DNA from: Lama glama
Lineage: Eukaryota
Direction: 5' to 3'
Length of the DNA: 64,000 nucleotides
Assembly (NCBI GenBank): GCA_028534125.1
Contig: CM052816.1
Coordinates: 12,712,001 to 12,776,000, forward strand
The notes beneath the pieces were generated by a model that saw nothing but the letters and a program-made list of their open reading frames with translations, did not search any database and was not told where the DNA came from. The stretch's first letter is position 1. Each line of letters starts with the position of its first letter. A program made the translations under genes and the position numbers. This document shows, one piece after another, positions 62,691-64,000 of the stretch.

Positions 62691-64000
62691 GATGTTGAGT
62701 CCAAGAGTAAATGAGCAAGAGAGTTGAATAGAGGGAAGAACAGAGAAAGAGGAGAGAGGAGAGCCTGTGCCTGGCTGCACGTCTTGGAAGGTCCAGTTCC
62801 TACTCATGGATTCAGTGAAATGCTATTACAACATTTCAAGAAACGTTTTCCTTCTGTTTTATCTAGTTTAAATAACTTTCTATTTGCTGATGCGTGGCTC
62901 AGGCATTCTGCTTAGTGACAGACGGACGTCTACATTGACCGAGGGGACACCATACTTAGTCAAGCAGCAAATTGCACCCCGTGGTTCTGGCGGTGCCTCT
63001 GGACTGTAAACCAACCCTTCAACACGGAAGGCTGGAGAAAGAGCTCAGGCGCCTGGTGTCAGTTCAAAGTCAGATTCAGGAGTCACCCAGCCACAGAAGG
63101 AACAAGAGGCACAGGTCACTGTTGGAAACAGGATGCAGTAGTTCCCTCCACTTTAGAACTAAGGTTTATTGGAGAACAGATGGTGCCAAGAGACAATTGC
63201 TGCATCTCAATATCACCTCAGAGAATTTACATTCTAGCTTTCTGGCTCCTCACAAATATTCTCTCAGTGCCAGCTTTCACTGTTCAAGTAAATGGGTACT
63301 TTGAATTGGACAGACGATATTTCAAATCAGGAATTCAGGCATCTCCATGGAGATCCAAGTCACCAAAATAGGTCAGAGCCAGACTACGTTAAAAATAAAT
63401 AAATAAATAAAAAGTTACTGGGAAGTCAGGGGAAGAGGAGAGAGACAGCTGTGATGTCCCAGAAAGAAAGAAAGAAGAAACAGACTGTTCCTTTTTCATA
63501 AGAAAATGAGATTTGCTGAAAGCTCTAAAGAATTGAAAACATTACCTCCAGCGACCCAACTACCTCTTGGTGGTGACACATGCCAGTTACAGAAATGCCA
63601 GATGGGGAGAGGAGAAAATTACACTTGACCCACCAAATATAGCTAGCCACTGAGGGGAAAACACTGACATGAAAGTCTCTGAGTCCACACAGTTCGCTCT
63701 GGTGGCCCCACTATTTTGTTCCATTTCTTTAGTTTTATCTAAGCTTTGCTCAAGTCCCAGATGCACGGAAAGAGCTGAATTCCAGGCCTGCTGGCAGTGA
63801 GCCGTGCCTCATTCCTCGTGTGTGAACTCAGTTGCAAAATGAATCTCTCCAAGTGGAAAGAAACAGGCGAGGAAACGGTGGAAATGTGCACAGCTCAGTT
63901 CATGGACAGATTAAGGAGAATGGACTCGGTGAGTTTACAGTAACAAGATGGATTTTGTTTTTCCTCTAGGCAACATAAAAAAGATGAAATTCGTGACCAC

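Noticed and set aside
63925..64000. Donor GTGAGT and acceptor ttcctctag near the window end
   Set aside because: The implied intron is only ~41 nt, and the downstream sequence is too short to evaluate

Overview
Mammalian non-coding (intergenic or deep-intronic) DNA, most likely from a camelid (Camelus/Vicugna/Lama). That call rests on a tRNA-Ala-derived vic-1-type SINE at 35.25 kb, artiodactyl-type L1 3' ends, and the absence of Alu, Bov-A/BovB, PRE-1 and Can-SINE. I recognise no intact protein-coding gene, functional RNA gene or CRISPR array. The ORF track is chance ORFs, transposon remnants and N-gap artefacts. Much of the window is fossil transposable elements: MIR, L2, old and younger L1, MaLR/ERVL/ERV1 solo LTRs, and hAT and TcMar MITEs. 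There are two 500-N scaffold gaps, and the second is flanked by a probable false duplication. I found no convincing new biological system. The most notable observations are several ultra-short TPRT insertions with target-site duplications (including an orphan AATAAA+poly(A) stub), a fold-back L1, an L2 nested in an old L1, a palindromic MER53, a probably chimeric 901-bp LTR, a MER31 LTR carrying ARE/AP-1 motifs, a motif-dense candidate enhancer, and a few candidate exons. Repeat family names come from recalled consensus sequences, and repeat boundaries are approximate unless a TSD is given; both need Dfam/RepeatMasker confirmation.
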